A stretch of DNA of 38,541 nucleotides, taken from a virus. Lineage: Duplodnaviria > Caudoviricetes. Under the pieces are notes generated by a model. It had not been told where the DNA came from, did not search any database, and saw only the letters and a list, made by a program, of their open reading frames with translations. This document shows, one piece after another, positions 9,159 through 19,055 of the stretch. Both the position numbers and the translations under genes were made by a program. Within the stretch, counting starts at the first letter, position 1, and each line of letters begins with the position of its first letter. The DNA lies in the IMG/VR virus record IMGVR_UViG_3300044648_000344, positions 1 to 38,541 of that record; one strand, 5' to 3'.

Positions 9159-10213
9159 TAAGCAACTACCTGAGCTGTGTAAATCTGATCAACTGCTACT
9201 GGAATACAAACACCTGCAGATTTAACTCCTAAGATGTGTGCAGTGGCGCGCTCATCGATAAAGTCATAAGTTAAGAACTTACCTTTTTTCGGAGCGATAC
9301 CAGTACTTAACAACTGAGGAACTGCCGCATATGAAAGAACGTTAGATGTCATTTCAGGCACCATAACAATCTTCTTAGTATCCATGTATTTCACCTTTGT
9401 TCCGGCCGCATTCTCATAGAAGTCAGGATATGTCCAGATGCGCATTGTGTATGCACCAACTGAAATCTGACCGTGATATGAACGACCTAGAGCGTCACGC
9501 TGTGCAGGAATTAAAGATTCAAGACCCCACTGAACCTGCAGAGCACGAGCCTTAACAATTGTATTGTTTTTATATGCCTGGAAGGCTGATTCCCCCATGA
9601 TCACGTTAATAACGGATCCTTCGGATTTACCTGTTTCTTTCAGGTATGCCGAACCAAGGAGAAGAACAGCATCAGGATCAACTGAACCACTGGTCCAGTA
9701 GCCAGTAGATGATGCATTAGCATCAATCAATGAAGTTGCATTACGTTTGAAATCAATATTTACACCTTTGTTCAAGGTTACAATACCGGTTAACAAAACA
9801 TCCCACGCTTGTTTTTCATAAGCACGATCGATCTTATCCATACAAGCTTCGAGCTTTCCATTCGCACTGTCAAGGAAACGGCCAAAGTTCGCGGCTGAAA
9901 TCTGAGGTTCTGCATATAGCGCATCGTAAAGATCGAGCTGCGTCATATCGAAGTACTCGTTATAGTATGGAGGAAGAATGATCTTCTCAGTTGATTTATC
10001 CCAGGTGTTACGGTTACCTTCGGTACCGCGAGTTACATCAACCGCAATTTTTTGCGCGTTGCGTTCAACCTCGATTGAAATCAGCTTTGTATCAGCTTCA
10101 ACTTCTTTGAAAAATGAGCGGCCAAAAGCTTTAGGCTTCATGTTGTCCGCGTAACGTGCAACCAATTTCTTTGTGAAAAGATTTCTTGCGTCGGTTGTTG
10201 ATATATTTGCCAT
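9158..10213 (-). CDS. major capsid protein, lambda gpE family
   Basis: 351 aa after the protease and decoration genes; FGRSFF, VNIDFKR, KSAGVCIPVAVD pattern. Confidence 0.85.
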   Translation of the reverse strand: MANISTTDARNLFTKKLVARYADNMKPKAFGRSFFKEVEADTKLISIEVERNAQKIAVDVTRGTEGNRNTWDKSTEKIILPPYYNEYFDMTQLDLYDALYAEPQISAANFGRFLDSANGKLEACMDKIDRAYEKQAWDVLLTGIVTLNKGVNIDFKRNATSLIDANASSTGYWTSGSVDPDAVLLLGSAYLKETGKSEGSVINVIMGESAFQAYKNNTIVKARALQVQWGLESLIPAQRDALGRSYHGQISVGAYTMRIWTYPDFYENAAGTKVKYMDTKKIVMVPEMTSNVLSYAAVPQLLSTGIAPKKGKFLTYDFIDERATAHILGVKSAGVCIPVAVDQIYTAQVVA

Positions 10214-10234
10214 TGTATGGTTTTTCTTTTAAGG

Positions 10235-10678
10235 TTATAGATTATCGTAACTTGAATTTGAAGTTGACGTTACGAGTTTAATACCAACTGTATCAGCTCC
10301 GATACGGTCACGTAGCCTGCGGCTAGAAACAGTAGTATCAAGATTATCTGATCCCTGGAAGATGATCTTATCTTCTACAACATCTCCTGAAACGCAGATG
10401 TCAAGATCAACAAGATCGCCACCATCTACAGTTACATCCTCAGCAAGGATACCTGTCGGATACTGACTTCCATCGGAAGCTCCAGAAGCCAAAGGTTTGA
10501 TGTAACCTGTGCCAGCTACGGTTCCCATCAGGGTTCCGGCCAAAAGCGTCACAGAGTCATATGCTGAGTTGTTATACGGGTAACTTTTATACCTGTTATT
10601 CCAAATGAATATTTTGGAAAGGTCGGTTGTGATTTCAGCCTGCTGGCCGGTATTTGATACTACGCTATTTGAGCTCAT
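10235..10678 (-). CDS. head decoration protein (lambda gpD-like)
   Basis: LLAGTLMG...SGASDGSQYPTGILAED motif. Confidence 0.85.
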   Translation of the reverse strand: MSSNSVVSNTGQQAEITTDLSKIFIWNNRYKSYPYNNSAYDSVTLLAGTLMGTVAGTGYIKPLASGASDGSQYPTGILAEDVTVDGGDLVDLDICVSGDVVEDKIIFQGSDNLDTTVSSRRLRDRIGADTVGIKLVTSTSNSSYDNL

Positions 10679-10700
10679 GTAGTGGGTTTTTTAAAATGAA

Positions 10701-11675
10701 TTATTTTTTATTGCGAGCTTCGAGTTCTTTTTCAAACTCTTCAAGCTGTTTTTCTGTTTCGGATTTTGCAGAAGCCTCATCGGTTTTTGGTGTAATCGGT
10801 GCATCAGCCTCAACTTTTTTCAAAGCCTGCCCAGCGAATTTCTTCTCAGTAAATTCAATCATTTGTAATTGACTGATTTCTTTACCGCTTGCAATCCCTT
10901 CTTTCGCAGCCTTAGGATCGACATCAGCATAGTGAGCCCAAACCTCAGCGCGAGCTTTTTCTTTTGCAATACCGATTTTTTCACCGGCTTCGATAGCTGC
11001 GGCATAAGCTGCAGGATGTTCGTTTTTTAACTCTTCTAAAGTCATTTTATTTTGGGTTTTATTTTGATTTGTTTTTGCCGCGGGAACGAAGCCTGTTAGT
11101 CTCGCTGTTGCGACACTCATATCTGCTTCGATCTCAGCTTTCTTTTTCGGTGTTAAAGGAACAATGCGGTTTATTAAACCAACTTTCTTTGCCTCTTTTG
11201 CTGTTAGGGCAATCTCGATTCGATCATCCATTGAGAACATCTCATCAAGTGTGCAACCTTTCATTTCTTCAAGCATTTTAATATCCATCTTTGCTTCCAT
11301 TGCTTTACGCAAATTGGCATTCATTCTGGATAAGCTTGTTTTCATTTCAGCTGTGAAGTATTCTGGATTGCTTTCTACCCACGAAGGATAACCAGCACGA
11401 TGAAATCTGAAATCAGATACATCAGTTGCTTCAGCATCATCAGCGTAGCAAAACATGAAAGCGGCCATGGAATTAGCCTTTCCATCATTCTTCAGCAACT
11501 TCTTTCCCTTTAATTCAGAGAACTTGGTAATCATGCCCCAACCATAAGCTACCTCACCACCATCGGAATTTACTCTAAGAGTAATATCCTCGGTGCCTGA
11601 TTCGTTAATTGCTTCGATGAATGCGCTGGCTGACCAGGAATAAATCGGACCATATAACAAAACTTCTTTCGGCAT
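10701..11675 (-). CDS. ClpP-type prohead protease with C-terminal scaffold
   Basis: LRVNSDGGEV, GKANSMAA (Ser), FRFH (His), LTAKEAKKVGLIN; MTLEELKNEHP scaffold tail; ATG at 11675. Confidence 0.88.
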   Translation of the reverse strand: MPKEVLLYGPIYSWSASAFIEAINESGTEDITLRVNSDGGEVAYGWGMITKFSELKGKKLLKNDGKANSMAAFMFCYADDAEATDVSDFRFHRAGYPSWVESNPEYFTAEMKTSLSRMNANLRKAMEAKMDIKMLEEMKGCTLDEMFSMDDRIEIALTAKEAKKVGLINRIVPLTPKKKAEIEADMSVATARLTGFVPAAKTNQNKTQNKMTLEELKNEHPAAYAAAIEAGEKIGIAKEKARAEVWAHYADVDPKAAKEGIASGKEISQLQMIEFTEKKFAGQALKKVEADAPITPKTDEASAKSETEKQLEEFEKELEARNKK

Positions 11676-11684
11676 TTTCGTAAC

Positions 11685-11737
11685 CAAAAATAGAGGCACA
11701 AAAAAAGTTTTTAAAAAAAGTTCCGTTGATAACGGAA
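11685..11737 (-). promoter_or_regulatory. late promoter of the head operon plus 17-bp palindrome (motif A, copy 1)
   Basis: TATTTTTG -7 box (11685-11692, minus strand) and TTCCGTT-GAT-AACGGAA (11721-11737). Confidence 0.7.
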
Positions 11738-11759
11738 AATAATTATACTTCTATCATGG
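11736..11759 (+). promoter_or_regulatory. motif B copy 1 (AAAATnnTTATACTTCTATCRTGG)
   Basis: Contains the ATG (11756) of the RHH gene; near-identical copies at 13818-13841 and 33782-33805. Confidence 0.65.
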
Positions 11760-11950
11760 CGAGTGAAAAAAGAAATCCTGAGATCAGAATCGAAAATGTA
11801 AATAGGGAATTACACGATGATCTAATGTTTATAGCAAAAAAAATTAACGGAGTAGGATTGGGAAGTTTTTTAAAACCAAAACTTCGAGAAATACGTGATA
11901 GCTACTCAGCTGAGATTAAACGTCTGAAGGCTTTGCCACCTGAGGAATAA
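11756..11950 (+). CDS. ribbon-helix-helix (Arc/CopG-like) DNA-binding protein
   Basis: EIRIENVNRELHDDLMFIAKKINGVGLGSFLKPKLREI fits beta-strand, helix, G-turn, helix; antisense to the head genes. Confidence 0.62.
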   Translation: MASEKRNPEIRIENVNRELHDDLMFIAKKINGVGLGSFLKPKLREIRDSYSAEIKRLKALPPEE

Positions 11951-13505
11951 GATTCAGTTTTTTTGCCTCTTCAAATTCAAGCGCAAACTGTTTCATATTC
12001 TCATCAGATTCTCCGCTGTTTAAATTCTCGGTTGCTGATTCAACCGTTGTTAATGGAATGTGATCTGCATTAGTTCCAAGCTTCCTACGTTCTGCTTCCA
12101 CCTCTTTTAGCGGATCTATGTGCGGTACGGTTGCACCAACAAACCGAGCGCTTCTATAAGCTTCAAGAATTATATCATCACCCTTCGCGCGCGCTGATAA
12201 ATACCCGGGCGCGCTGATCTTATTCTGAAGGATCTGGACTTCCAACCAGAAATTGTAAATGGGTTGATAGAATGCAAATGAAAATTCTTCTCTCAAAACA
12301 TTCAGGGTGTGTTCCCAATCTTTTAATGCTGCTCGTGAAGCGGAGAAATTAGAATCGTATTTTGATTTAGCGACATCGGGAGGAATACCCAGTGTAGCAC
12401 AAACCATATCAATGTTAACTGTATAAAAGTCTTTAAAGTATAATTCATTTTTACTTTCCAGTAATTTAAGTGTTGCTCCTTTAGGCATATTTACCACCTG
12501 TTTATTGGTGGTTACCGCTACCTTTTTTCGTAGTGGTTCTCCATCATCAGTTTCTGGAATATCATCATCAGAACTAAAGCCGGAAGCATCTGCGATAGCT
12601 TCAGCGAACGGATTCTCTTCGGTTGATATTGCACCATGCTCAATAGAGAAAGCTATCTTTTGACGTTCTTCTGCACTTCCAACAGTTGCTTCCTTGTACC
12701 GCTCCATTTTTTTGATGGTTTCAAGAACTGCAGCGATGAGTGGAAGGCCACGAACATTATCCAGGCGATACTCCATTCCGTAAACTAAAAAAGCTTGCTG
12801 CAAACCGGATTCGGATCCTTTAGCCTCGATCTTGGTATATGAGTAGTCTTTGTTTCGAACATAGTACCTTACATGCTCACCCTGTGGTGTCATTTCAATC
12901 CCGTTGATAATCCTATTACCATTTGATAATTCTTGCGGATACCACTCCGTACCCATTAGGGGAGATTGAATGTGAGCACCATCGATCAACTGGACGTTAA
13001 CGTTTTTTCCATCAAACCTCAGCACTACTAGAACGTCACCACCCAGAATCGCATTTTTATGTGCCACCTTAGCGATCATATCAAGGCTCTTCATTTTTGC
13101 AAAATCAGCAACCTTAGATTTTTTGTATATGTTGAATCTCGCTTCGACAGCCTCCGCGAACGTTTGAGATTTTAAGTTTATACCCTCTTGTTTAAGGAGA
13201 TACTCGACAGGTTCAGACTGCAGTTTTAAACCCTTTCCAATTACCCATGTTCCAAATCGCTTCATCACAATCTGGGTGATTTCGCTTTCATAGAACGATT
13301 GCCAAGATCTTAAACGTAAAGCATCATAATCTGGCCGGTAGTCTTTTATTGGGCCGATTTCGCCGAGATTCTTTTCTCCATTGTAAGAAACAGTAAACAA
13401 TGTCCTATAGCTGCCAATATCATATTCTGCTTTTGGAGCTGGTGCCGGTGTTTGCTTTTTACCAAATGATGATTTGAGAACATCCCAAAGTTTAGAGCCT
13501 GCCAT
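11916..13505 (-). CDS. portal protein, lambda family
   Basis: VIGKGLKLQS, NVRGLPLIAAV, YDSNFSASRAAL, HIDPLKEVEA. Confidence 0.92.
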   Translation of the reverse strand: MAGSKLWDVLKSSFGKKQTPAPAPKAEYDIGSYRTLFTVSYNGEKNLGEIGPIKDYRPDYDALRLRSWQSFYESEITQIVMKRFGTWVIGKGLKLQSEPVEYLLKQEGINLKSQTFAEAVEARFNIYKKSKVADFAKMKSLDMIAKVAHKNAILGGDVLVVLRFDGKNVNVQLIDGAHIQSPLMGTEWYPQELSNGNRIINGIEMTPQGEHVRYYVRNKDYSYTKIEAKGSESGLQQAFLVYGMEYRLDNVRGLPLIAAVLETIKKMERYKEATVGSAEERQKIAFSIEHGAISTEENPFAEAIADASGFSSDDDIPETDDGEPLRKKVAVTTNKQVVNMPKGATLKLLESKNELYFKDFYTVNIDMVCATLGIPPDVAKSKYDSNFSASRAALKDWEHTLNVLREEFSFAFYQPIYNFWLEVQILQNKISAPGYLSARAKGDDIILEAYRSARFVGATVPHIDPLKEVEAERRKLGTNADHIPLTTVESATENLNSGESDENMKQFALEFEEAKKLNLIPQVAKPSDV

Positions 13506-13821
13506 TTCTTTTTCGATTTAAATTTTTACTATCAACCAACCTCATCAATCTTCCATTGTTAGTGTTATTGAGATCAGCCAGCATACACTTTTTCAGCTTC
13601 CGGAAACTTTCAATCGATGCCATCACAGCATCTGAGTTTTTGTAAACGGTCCTTATTTTTGTTTGACCATCATCAAGAGAATACTCACTAATACTATCAT
13701 TAGCCGCAGCTTTAAGCGCGGAACTAAACAGAGCGTTAATGATATTATCAATTTTATTGATCTGTTCCCTTAATGTGGTCGCTGATTCAATGTAATGAAC
13801 TGCGCTTTCGTATGTCACCAT
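13492..13821 (-). CDS. head-tail joining protein (gpW-like)
   Basis: Helix-hairpin-helix pattern SEYSLDDGQTKIRTVY, directly upstream of the portal gene. Confidence 0.65.
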   Translation of the reverse strand: MVTYESAVHYIESATTLREQINKIDNIINALFSSALKAAANDSISEYSLDDGQTKIRTVYKNSDAVMASIESFRKLKKCMLADLNNTNNGRLMRLVDSKNLNRKRNGRL

Positions 13822-13841
13822 GATAGAAGTATAATGATTTT
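13818..13841 (-). promoter_or_regulatory. motif B copy 2
   Basis: AAAATCATTATACTTCTATCATGG, containing the gpW-like ATG. Confidence 0.65.
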
Positions 13842-14368
13842 TATCCTATTGTTTTAATCTTGTCGTTCTTTGCGTTGTCAATATTCGACACGTTGATGTT
13901 TGTTGAAGGTGTTGTGGTTCCAGTTGAACCACTTACAGTACCTCCGGAATGTATATGCAAATTATACTCATTAATGTGATTATTGTAATCATCTTTGAGT
14001 TTGTTAAACTCGGTTTTCAGTTCATTGAATTTCACAGCCCAATTTGTGTCGCCACCGATCTCATAAGTACCATCATTCCTCAACCAAGTATAGAACTTTT
14101 CGTTTCCGTCCGCATCTGTTGAATAGTGTCGAAGCTCTCCAACCTTTGCCATTTGGTTTTTGTTCAGGTATCCGATGATTACGGCTTCACCCTTTGTGGC
14201 TGTCGGACCGTAGACCGCTATCCAATCCTTTGGAACATTCCCATCAGTGCCAAATGGCGCCGCTTCAATCGCTGTTTGAACGTCGGATAAGCCGAACCTA
14301 CGAAACTTAAGCACTCTCTGTAGATAAGAGTTCACCTCATTGGATAATATTTTAACCAGCGTAAGCAT
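13841..14368 (-). CDS. baseplate spike (Mu gp45-like)
   Basis: APFGTDGNVP, GELRHYS, C-terminal HIH metal-binding apex motif. Confidence 0.75.
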   Translation of the reverse strand: MLTLVKILSNEVNSYLQRVLKFRRFGLSDVQTAIEAAPFGTDGNVPKDWIAVYGPTATKGEAVIIGYLNKNQMAKVGELRHYSTDADGNEKFYTWLRNDGTYEIGGDTNWAVKFNELKTEFNKLKDDYNNHINEYNLHIHSGGTVSGSTGTTTPSTNINVSNIDNAKNDKIKTIG

Positions 14369-15492
14369 TATAGTCTTGGTAAATTTTCGTGAGGATTAAC
14401 AAAAATATTCTTTGGCGTTTTTCCGTTATACACTTCTGGAAGCACACATGTCAAAACGCAGGTATTCTCCTTTTCATTTCCGTTGTAAGATACCTCATCG
14501 ATGAAAAATTCAGTTGTGTTGTAAATGAAATTCTCGCGGCTTTTTAGAGTAATTATGTTATTCGGTTTTATCAGCTTATTATTTATATCCCAGCGATCGA
14601 GTGTAACTGATACTTTAATCGCGTCCTTTAACTCCGCTGCTAATACTTGTTTAGCAAAATCCTCAACCGTGATATCATCACCCGATGTCATTGTTACAAC
14701 TTTTGGGCGGTAAACAAATGCCACAGGGCAATAAGGATTTCTGATAGTATACTCACCAGCATTCCCACCCTTAGAACTTGCCTGGGTTAAAACGGTAATA
14801 TGTGAGTGAATAGATTGTCCATTGAAAGTCATGCTTATATTGGTGGCTGGTATTCCTTCATCTTCACCAACATGGAATAAAGGCTTCTGATTTGTTTTAG
14901 CTGCCGTCAATACAATATTACCAAACTCATCATGTGAGAGAACAATGTTTCTCTGTGTTGTGAGTTCGGTTAAATACGACTTAATATTCTGTGCTTCGCT
15001 GGCTGTTGATTTTTCTATTACAGTGTCAGCCTTTTCCTTAATCGATTTTGCCACACCGTTACTTTGACTAACTGCAGATTGATCAACAATAACTTTAAGA
15101 TGGAACTTTGCTGCAATACGTTCGCATATTTCTTTTAAAGTCAGTTTATCGGACTGCAGCGGATAAAGATCTGTTGGAATTTCACAGTCGGCAAATACAC
15201 CACTCTTTGAATATCCCCCAAATGAAGCAAGTTGTTTTTGAGATTCTTTATTAAACCCTTGTGAAAGGATAAAGCCAGTGAGAAGTGTTTCTCCATTATG
15301 CTCTAATGTCGCTTCATGAAAATGGCTAACACATGCCAGTTCAGCATGTAAAGGATCATTCGGATCAAAGTAAAAATTAAATCCAAAATTGGAAGCTATC
15401 TCACCATACTTTAAATTAAAGGTGAAGTTGTTGAAGTATGCTACATCAACAATTTTATTCGCTCCGTATCTATGGTTAATCTTTAAATTCAT
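14368..15492 (-). CDS. baseplate hub (Mu gp44/P-like)
   Basis: 374 aa; LLTGFI, GYSKSGVFADC, HDEFGNIVL; lies between the DNA-circulation and spike genes. Confidence 0.75.
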   Translation of the reverse strand: MNLKINHRYGANKIVDVAYFNNFTFNLKYGEIASNFGFNFYFDPNDPLHAELACVSHFHEATLEHNGETLLTGFILSQGFNKESQKQLASFGGYSKSGVFADCEIPTDLYPLQSDKLTLKEICERIAAKFHLKVIVDQSAVSQSNGVAKSIKEKADTVIEKSTASEAQNIKSYLTELTTQRNIVLSHDEFGNIVLTAAKTNQKPLFHVGEDEGIPATNISMTFNGQSIHSHITVLTQASSKGGNAGEYTIRNPYCPVAFVYRPKVVTMTSGDDITVEDFAKQVLAAELKDAIKVSVTLDRWDINNKLIKPNNIITLKSRENFIYNTTEFFIDEVSYNGNEKENTCVLTCVLPEVYNGKTPKNIFVNPHENLPRL

Positions 15493-16712
15493 TATATGTA
15501 GTACACGATTTTCCGGCCCTTCGGAATCTGAAGTAATTCTTTCAAACCTAGATTATTATTATCTCTTAACTCTTCCATGTTCTTATCAGCTTCATCTAAA
15601 CTATACAACCGGTGTGTTAACAGAATGAGGTTTGTGTCCTTTTCAAGTATTAATGTTCTCTCATTCTTACCATTCAACGCGATCAAATAAAGGTTTGAAA
15701 TGGTCTGAACCAAAATATTATTTAGTCCAATAATAGCCTGGGCGTTCGGAATGAAGCTGGTTGTGTTTCCACCGTTTGGTGATTGAAGGCTGTCCAGATC
15801 TTCGATAAACTGATTGTAGTTTTCAAGCAACGTCTCGATCACAGATAAGGCGCTCTTGCTGTTAGTGTAGTCCCCAGATAAAGGAGTGATGGCTGCAAGG
15901 CACATCGATGATATCATAGTTCCTGCCTGTATCTGATAAATTTGTTTTGATGGAACTGCAGTTATATTGACAAGGGTTAACCTCAGCTTCTCGAACTGTT
16001 CCACCAAAGTTTTAATTCTGGTTTGTGCTTCTACTGTAAACTGTGCCGGCTTTGTAATTACAGTTGTGATAGCCTGCATTGCAAGTAATGGAGAAGCTGT
16101 CGCGGTGTTTATAAAGGAACTAGCTTGGTTGAACAGATTTGTATATTCAGAAACCTCCTCTGGAATTTCAATGATCGGAACACTTAAATTAAAGTTCTTT
16201 TCATTGGTTGCAGCCATTGAATTAACATCCGTGGTAGATGGCGTTGTGTCCAATGACAATGACAAATCTTCATCATTGATTTCCTTAAGTAGTTTTATCT
16301 GACCAACAGGGTCCGTTGAAACTTTTGGATTATCATCCTGAATAGTTTCAATTGCGGTACCCGTGATTTTTGTGGTGTTAAGTTCTGAGTTATCAAAATT
16401 AAGAGCAGGGATTTGAACGATAATAATTCCATAAAACGGATGATCAATGCGCGTAGGTCTCTTACTGTTTAAAGATTTTCTAAAAGCATCAGCCTCATCC
16501 AGATGATTCTCACCTTGAAAATAAAACTCTAAGGGAAACTGTCTACCTTTAACCTCCCGTTTATCAACCTTAGTCCCTTTCACGTTTGGAAAATTAAACT
16601 CAGACACGTTCCATTCTATGGCCTGTTGAGCATTTCTCCAAAAAACGGTATACACTTTGCCGTCACCGGTAGTGATTTTATAATCCTGATTTAATTTATC
16701 TATCCAACTCAT
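15492..16712 (-). CDS. Mu-like DNA circularisation protein
   Basis: N-terminal EFNFPNVKG...GRQFPLEFYFQGENH...HPFYG; C-terminal LysM-like segment. Confidence 0.75.
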   Translation of the reverse strand: MSWIDKLNQDYKITTGDGKVYTVFWRNAQQAIEWNVSEFNFPNVKGTKVDKREVKGRQFPLEFYFQGENHLDEADAFRKSLNSKRPTRIDHPFYGIIIVQIPALNFDNSELNTTKITGTAIETIQDDNPKVSTDPVGQIKLLKEINDEDLSLSLDTTPSTTDVNSMAATNEKNFNLSVPIIEIPEEVSEYTNLFNQASSFINTATASPLLAMQAITTVITKPAQFTVEAQTRIKTLVEQFEKLRLTLVNITAVPSKQIYQIQAGTMISSMCLAAITPLSGDYTNSKSALSVIETLLENYNQFIEDLDSLQSPNGGNTTSFIPNAQAIIGLNNILVQTISNLYLIALNGKNERTLILEKDTNLILLTHRLYSLDEADKNMEELRDNNNLGLKELLQIPKGRKIVYYI

Positions 16713-17434
16713 TTTAACCTTAAAATCTCTTTTTGTGCAGCCATCCTGTAATAATATTCAAGCTTCTCCGCTGACTTTAAGGAAGCCTTCATCATAAACT
16801 TTGTACCACTAACATTTACCGATCGATTTTTAAGGACCGTATACAGCGGTGTTTTATTTGTCACTGTGTTTCCACTCTTCAATCTTTTAATTGAATTAAT
16901 CTTCCACAGAATACCATTCGAAAGAACGTGCCCACCCTTTCCAGCATGGATGGCTGACTTCACAAATCGCTCCATCTTATTCTTGCCTTTCGCGTCGCGC
17001 GCGTGGGTGATGTTCTTTATCTCCGATAACCTGGCATTTGCCCTCACCGGTTTGTTCGATTTATTTCCTTGCCTAGCAAACCTCAGCGGAATAAAGGTTT
17101 TATGTCCAATACTACCTCCACCTTCCTGCTCTTCCAGATCCTTTACTGCGTAGTTATTTCCACCCTTCAATCCTCCCTCTACAAATCCAACTGTTGATTT
17201 CATGGAGTTCATATCCCAGCCTTTAGCCATATCAACTCGGCTGTTTGCCTTAAAGAAATTCGGCTGACGTTTCTCAAATACAGTATCTGCACTTTGAGGC
17301 ATAGTACTTTTCTTAACATCGAAAGCTGCACTATTCAAAGTGTTCCGGATAGCATTTGGTAAAGCGGATTTGTGTAGTTTTTCCAGCTTAACCGTATACT
17401 GCACGGCTGCGTCTGTATTTATATTGAGAACCAT
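16709..17434 (-). CDS. basic virion morphogenesis protein (minor tail Z-like, putative)
   Basis: K/R-rich; LPNAIRNTLNSAAFDVK N-terminus. Confidence 0.45.
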   Translation of the reverse strand: MVLNINTDAAVQYTVKLEKLHKSALPNAIRNTLNSAAFDVKKSTMPQSADTVFEKRQPNFFKANSRVDMAKGWDMNSMKSTVGFVEGGLKGGNNYAVKDLEEQEGGGSIGHKTFIPLRFARQGNKSNKPVRANARLSEIKNITHARDAKGKNKMERFVKSAIHAGKGGHVLSNGILWKINSIKRLKSGNTVTNKTPLYTVLKNRSVNVSGTKFMMKASLKSAEKLEYYYRMAAQKEILRLK

Positions 17435-18339
17435 TAGTAGTTCCTGAAGGATATAGATGATAAATCAATTTCAACATCGACAAAAGAACCGGTATACGAT
17501 AACAGATTTACCGCTCCGGCTGGAGTAACTTGCACTGTGAAAAAGTTATTGTTACCAAAGCTTGTAATGGATCCTGTGTTAATTGTAAAGTACACTGGGA
17601 ATTTGGAATCATATGCTATTCTATACCCCGCTGGTAAGGAGAAAATAGTAATGTTGGTTCCGGATATCCCAGAAGTATACTTTATTAAGCCTTTCAACCT
17701 TACATTCCCAAACTGGTCTTTGTAGTATCCAACTGGATTCGTAACTCCAGAATTAGTCCAGCCACTGGCCATAGCAGGCGCTATCCACGCCTCACTTGAA
17801 ATGAGTTTGTTCTTTACTACCCAGTTTGTATTGGGTTTATCCAGTACTAAATCACACGAATCACCGGCCCTCAGTAGAGTTACAGATGTCGTACCATCAA
17901 CAGTATCTGAACCTTGCCTGGTTAAAGCAACCTCGAAGTTCGTTTCATTTTTGAATGATAAGATGTCACCATCTCTACTTGCGGATGCTGCAGGGATATC
18001 AATTACAATATTTCCACCCGCATTTATTTTGTGAAGCTGGTTCCAAATTGTAGCCGTTAAAGTTGTAGATGCTGTAATAGCATTAACTTTAAAAAACCTC
18101 TTTGTTATTTTCTCAAACGCTTCATAAAATTGAAAACCGTCATAAGCATTATCAGGTAATGCATTATAAACGAGCCCACTCTTATCAAACATGCGCGCGA
18201 AAAACTGATGGAAGTCGGCATGGTTTATCTGATCAACAGGTGTACCGTTTCCTGATCCATCATCATCACGAATGTTTCCATACGGGTATTCTCCGTCTGG
18301 ACCATCAGTGTTTGTCTTTGTCTTTAATTCTATAGCCAT
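17434..18339 (-). CDS. tail fibre / receptor-binding protein
   Basis: Follows the baseplate wedge gene; C-terminal GYYKDQFGNVRLKG...IFSLPAGYR domain. Confidence 0.75.
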   Translation of the reverse strand: MAIELKTKTNTDGPDGEYPYGNIRDDDGSGNGTPVDQINHADFHQFFARMFDKSGLVYNALPDNAYDGFQFYEAFEKITKRFFKVNAITASTTLTATIWNQLHKINAGGNIVIDIPAASASRDGDILSFKNETNFEVALTRQGSDTVDGTTSVTLLRAGDSCDLVLDKPNTNWVVKNKLISSEAWIAPAMASGWTNSGVTNPVGYYKDQFGNVRLKGLIKYTSGISGTNITIFSLPAGYRIAYDSKFPVYFTINTGSITSFGNNNFFTVQVTPAGAVNLLSYTGSFVDVEIDLSSISFRNY

Positions 18340-18341
18340 AA

Positions 18342-19055
18342 TTATGTGTAATTGATAAGTAAAAAACCTACATCCTGAACTTGTTTTATTCTTAAAATCA
18401 GTTGCCTAAACTCATCCTTCCTAGTGGTTGGAACGTTAGCATAAGACCCGATCGGATTTCCTCCAATAAAGAATGTGCACTTAAGGGTACCTCCAAGATC
18501 GAAGTGATAATCTCTTTCCTCTTCGATGTGGTTTACTATTTTGTTTGCGTAGTAACCACCGTATTTGAACAGGCCGTAATTCTTCTGACCATATTGAACT
18601 TTAGATTTAAGGTTGCTCAATCCAGTTACCTGCTCAGGTGTTTTCGTGAAATATCCGGTAGGGTAAAGTGGAAACCTATTCTCATACACATATACATTGA
18701 ATCCGGCTGATTGCAGCTGCTCTTCAAGATGTAAATAGTGGCCTTTCTCCGGAGTGTTACCAGGATAATTTAACTTCCTTTGGATGGCCAGCTTTCGAAC
18801 GGATAAAGTATTCGCAGAACCATCCACCATACCGAGCCTGCGTTCCCAATCTGTAGCATCGTCAGCTGTAAAGTTTGCATTGTCCGGAAGTATGCTGTTG
18901 TGAATTGCAAGTGCATCCTGATAAGCTTGTGCCTCACTCACAGCTAAACCACGATGGAAGGCTTCGAGATATCCATTCAATGGCATCTTAAACGCTCTAC
19001 CTGTTGGGTAAAGTTGTTTTGTGAGGGCTAATATTTTATCAGAAATACTAGACAT
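18342..19055 (-). CDS. baseplate wedge protein (Mu gp48/YmfQ-like)
   Basis: QLYPTGRAF, DWERRLGM, RKLAIQRKL. Confidence 0.8.
   Translation of the reverse strand: MSSISDKILALTKQLYPTGRAFKMPLNGYLEAFHRGLAVSEAQAYQDALAIHNSILPDNANFTADDATDWERRLGMVDGSANTLSVRKLAIQRKLNYPGNTPEKGHYLHLEEQLQSAGFNVYVYENRFPLYPTGYFTKTPEQVTGLSNLKSKVQYGQKNYGLFKYGGYYANKIVNHIEEERDYHFDLGGTLKCTFFIGGNPIGSYANVPTTRKDEFRQLILRIKQVQDVGFLLINYT

Noticed and set aside
5793-18339. Diversity-generating retroelement or fibre-inversion system
   Set aside because: No reverse transcriptase or serine invertase in the window, and no template/variable repeat pair noticed
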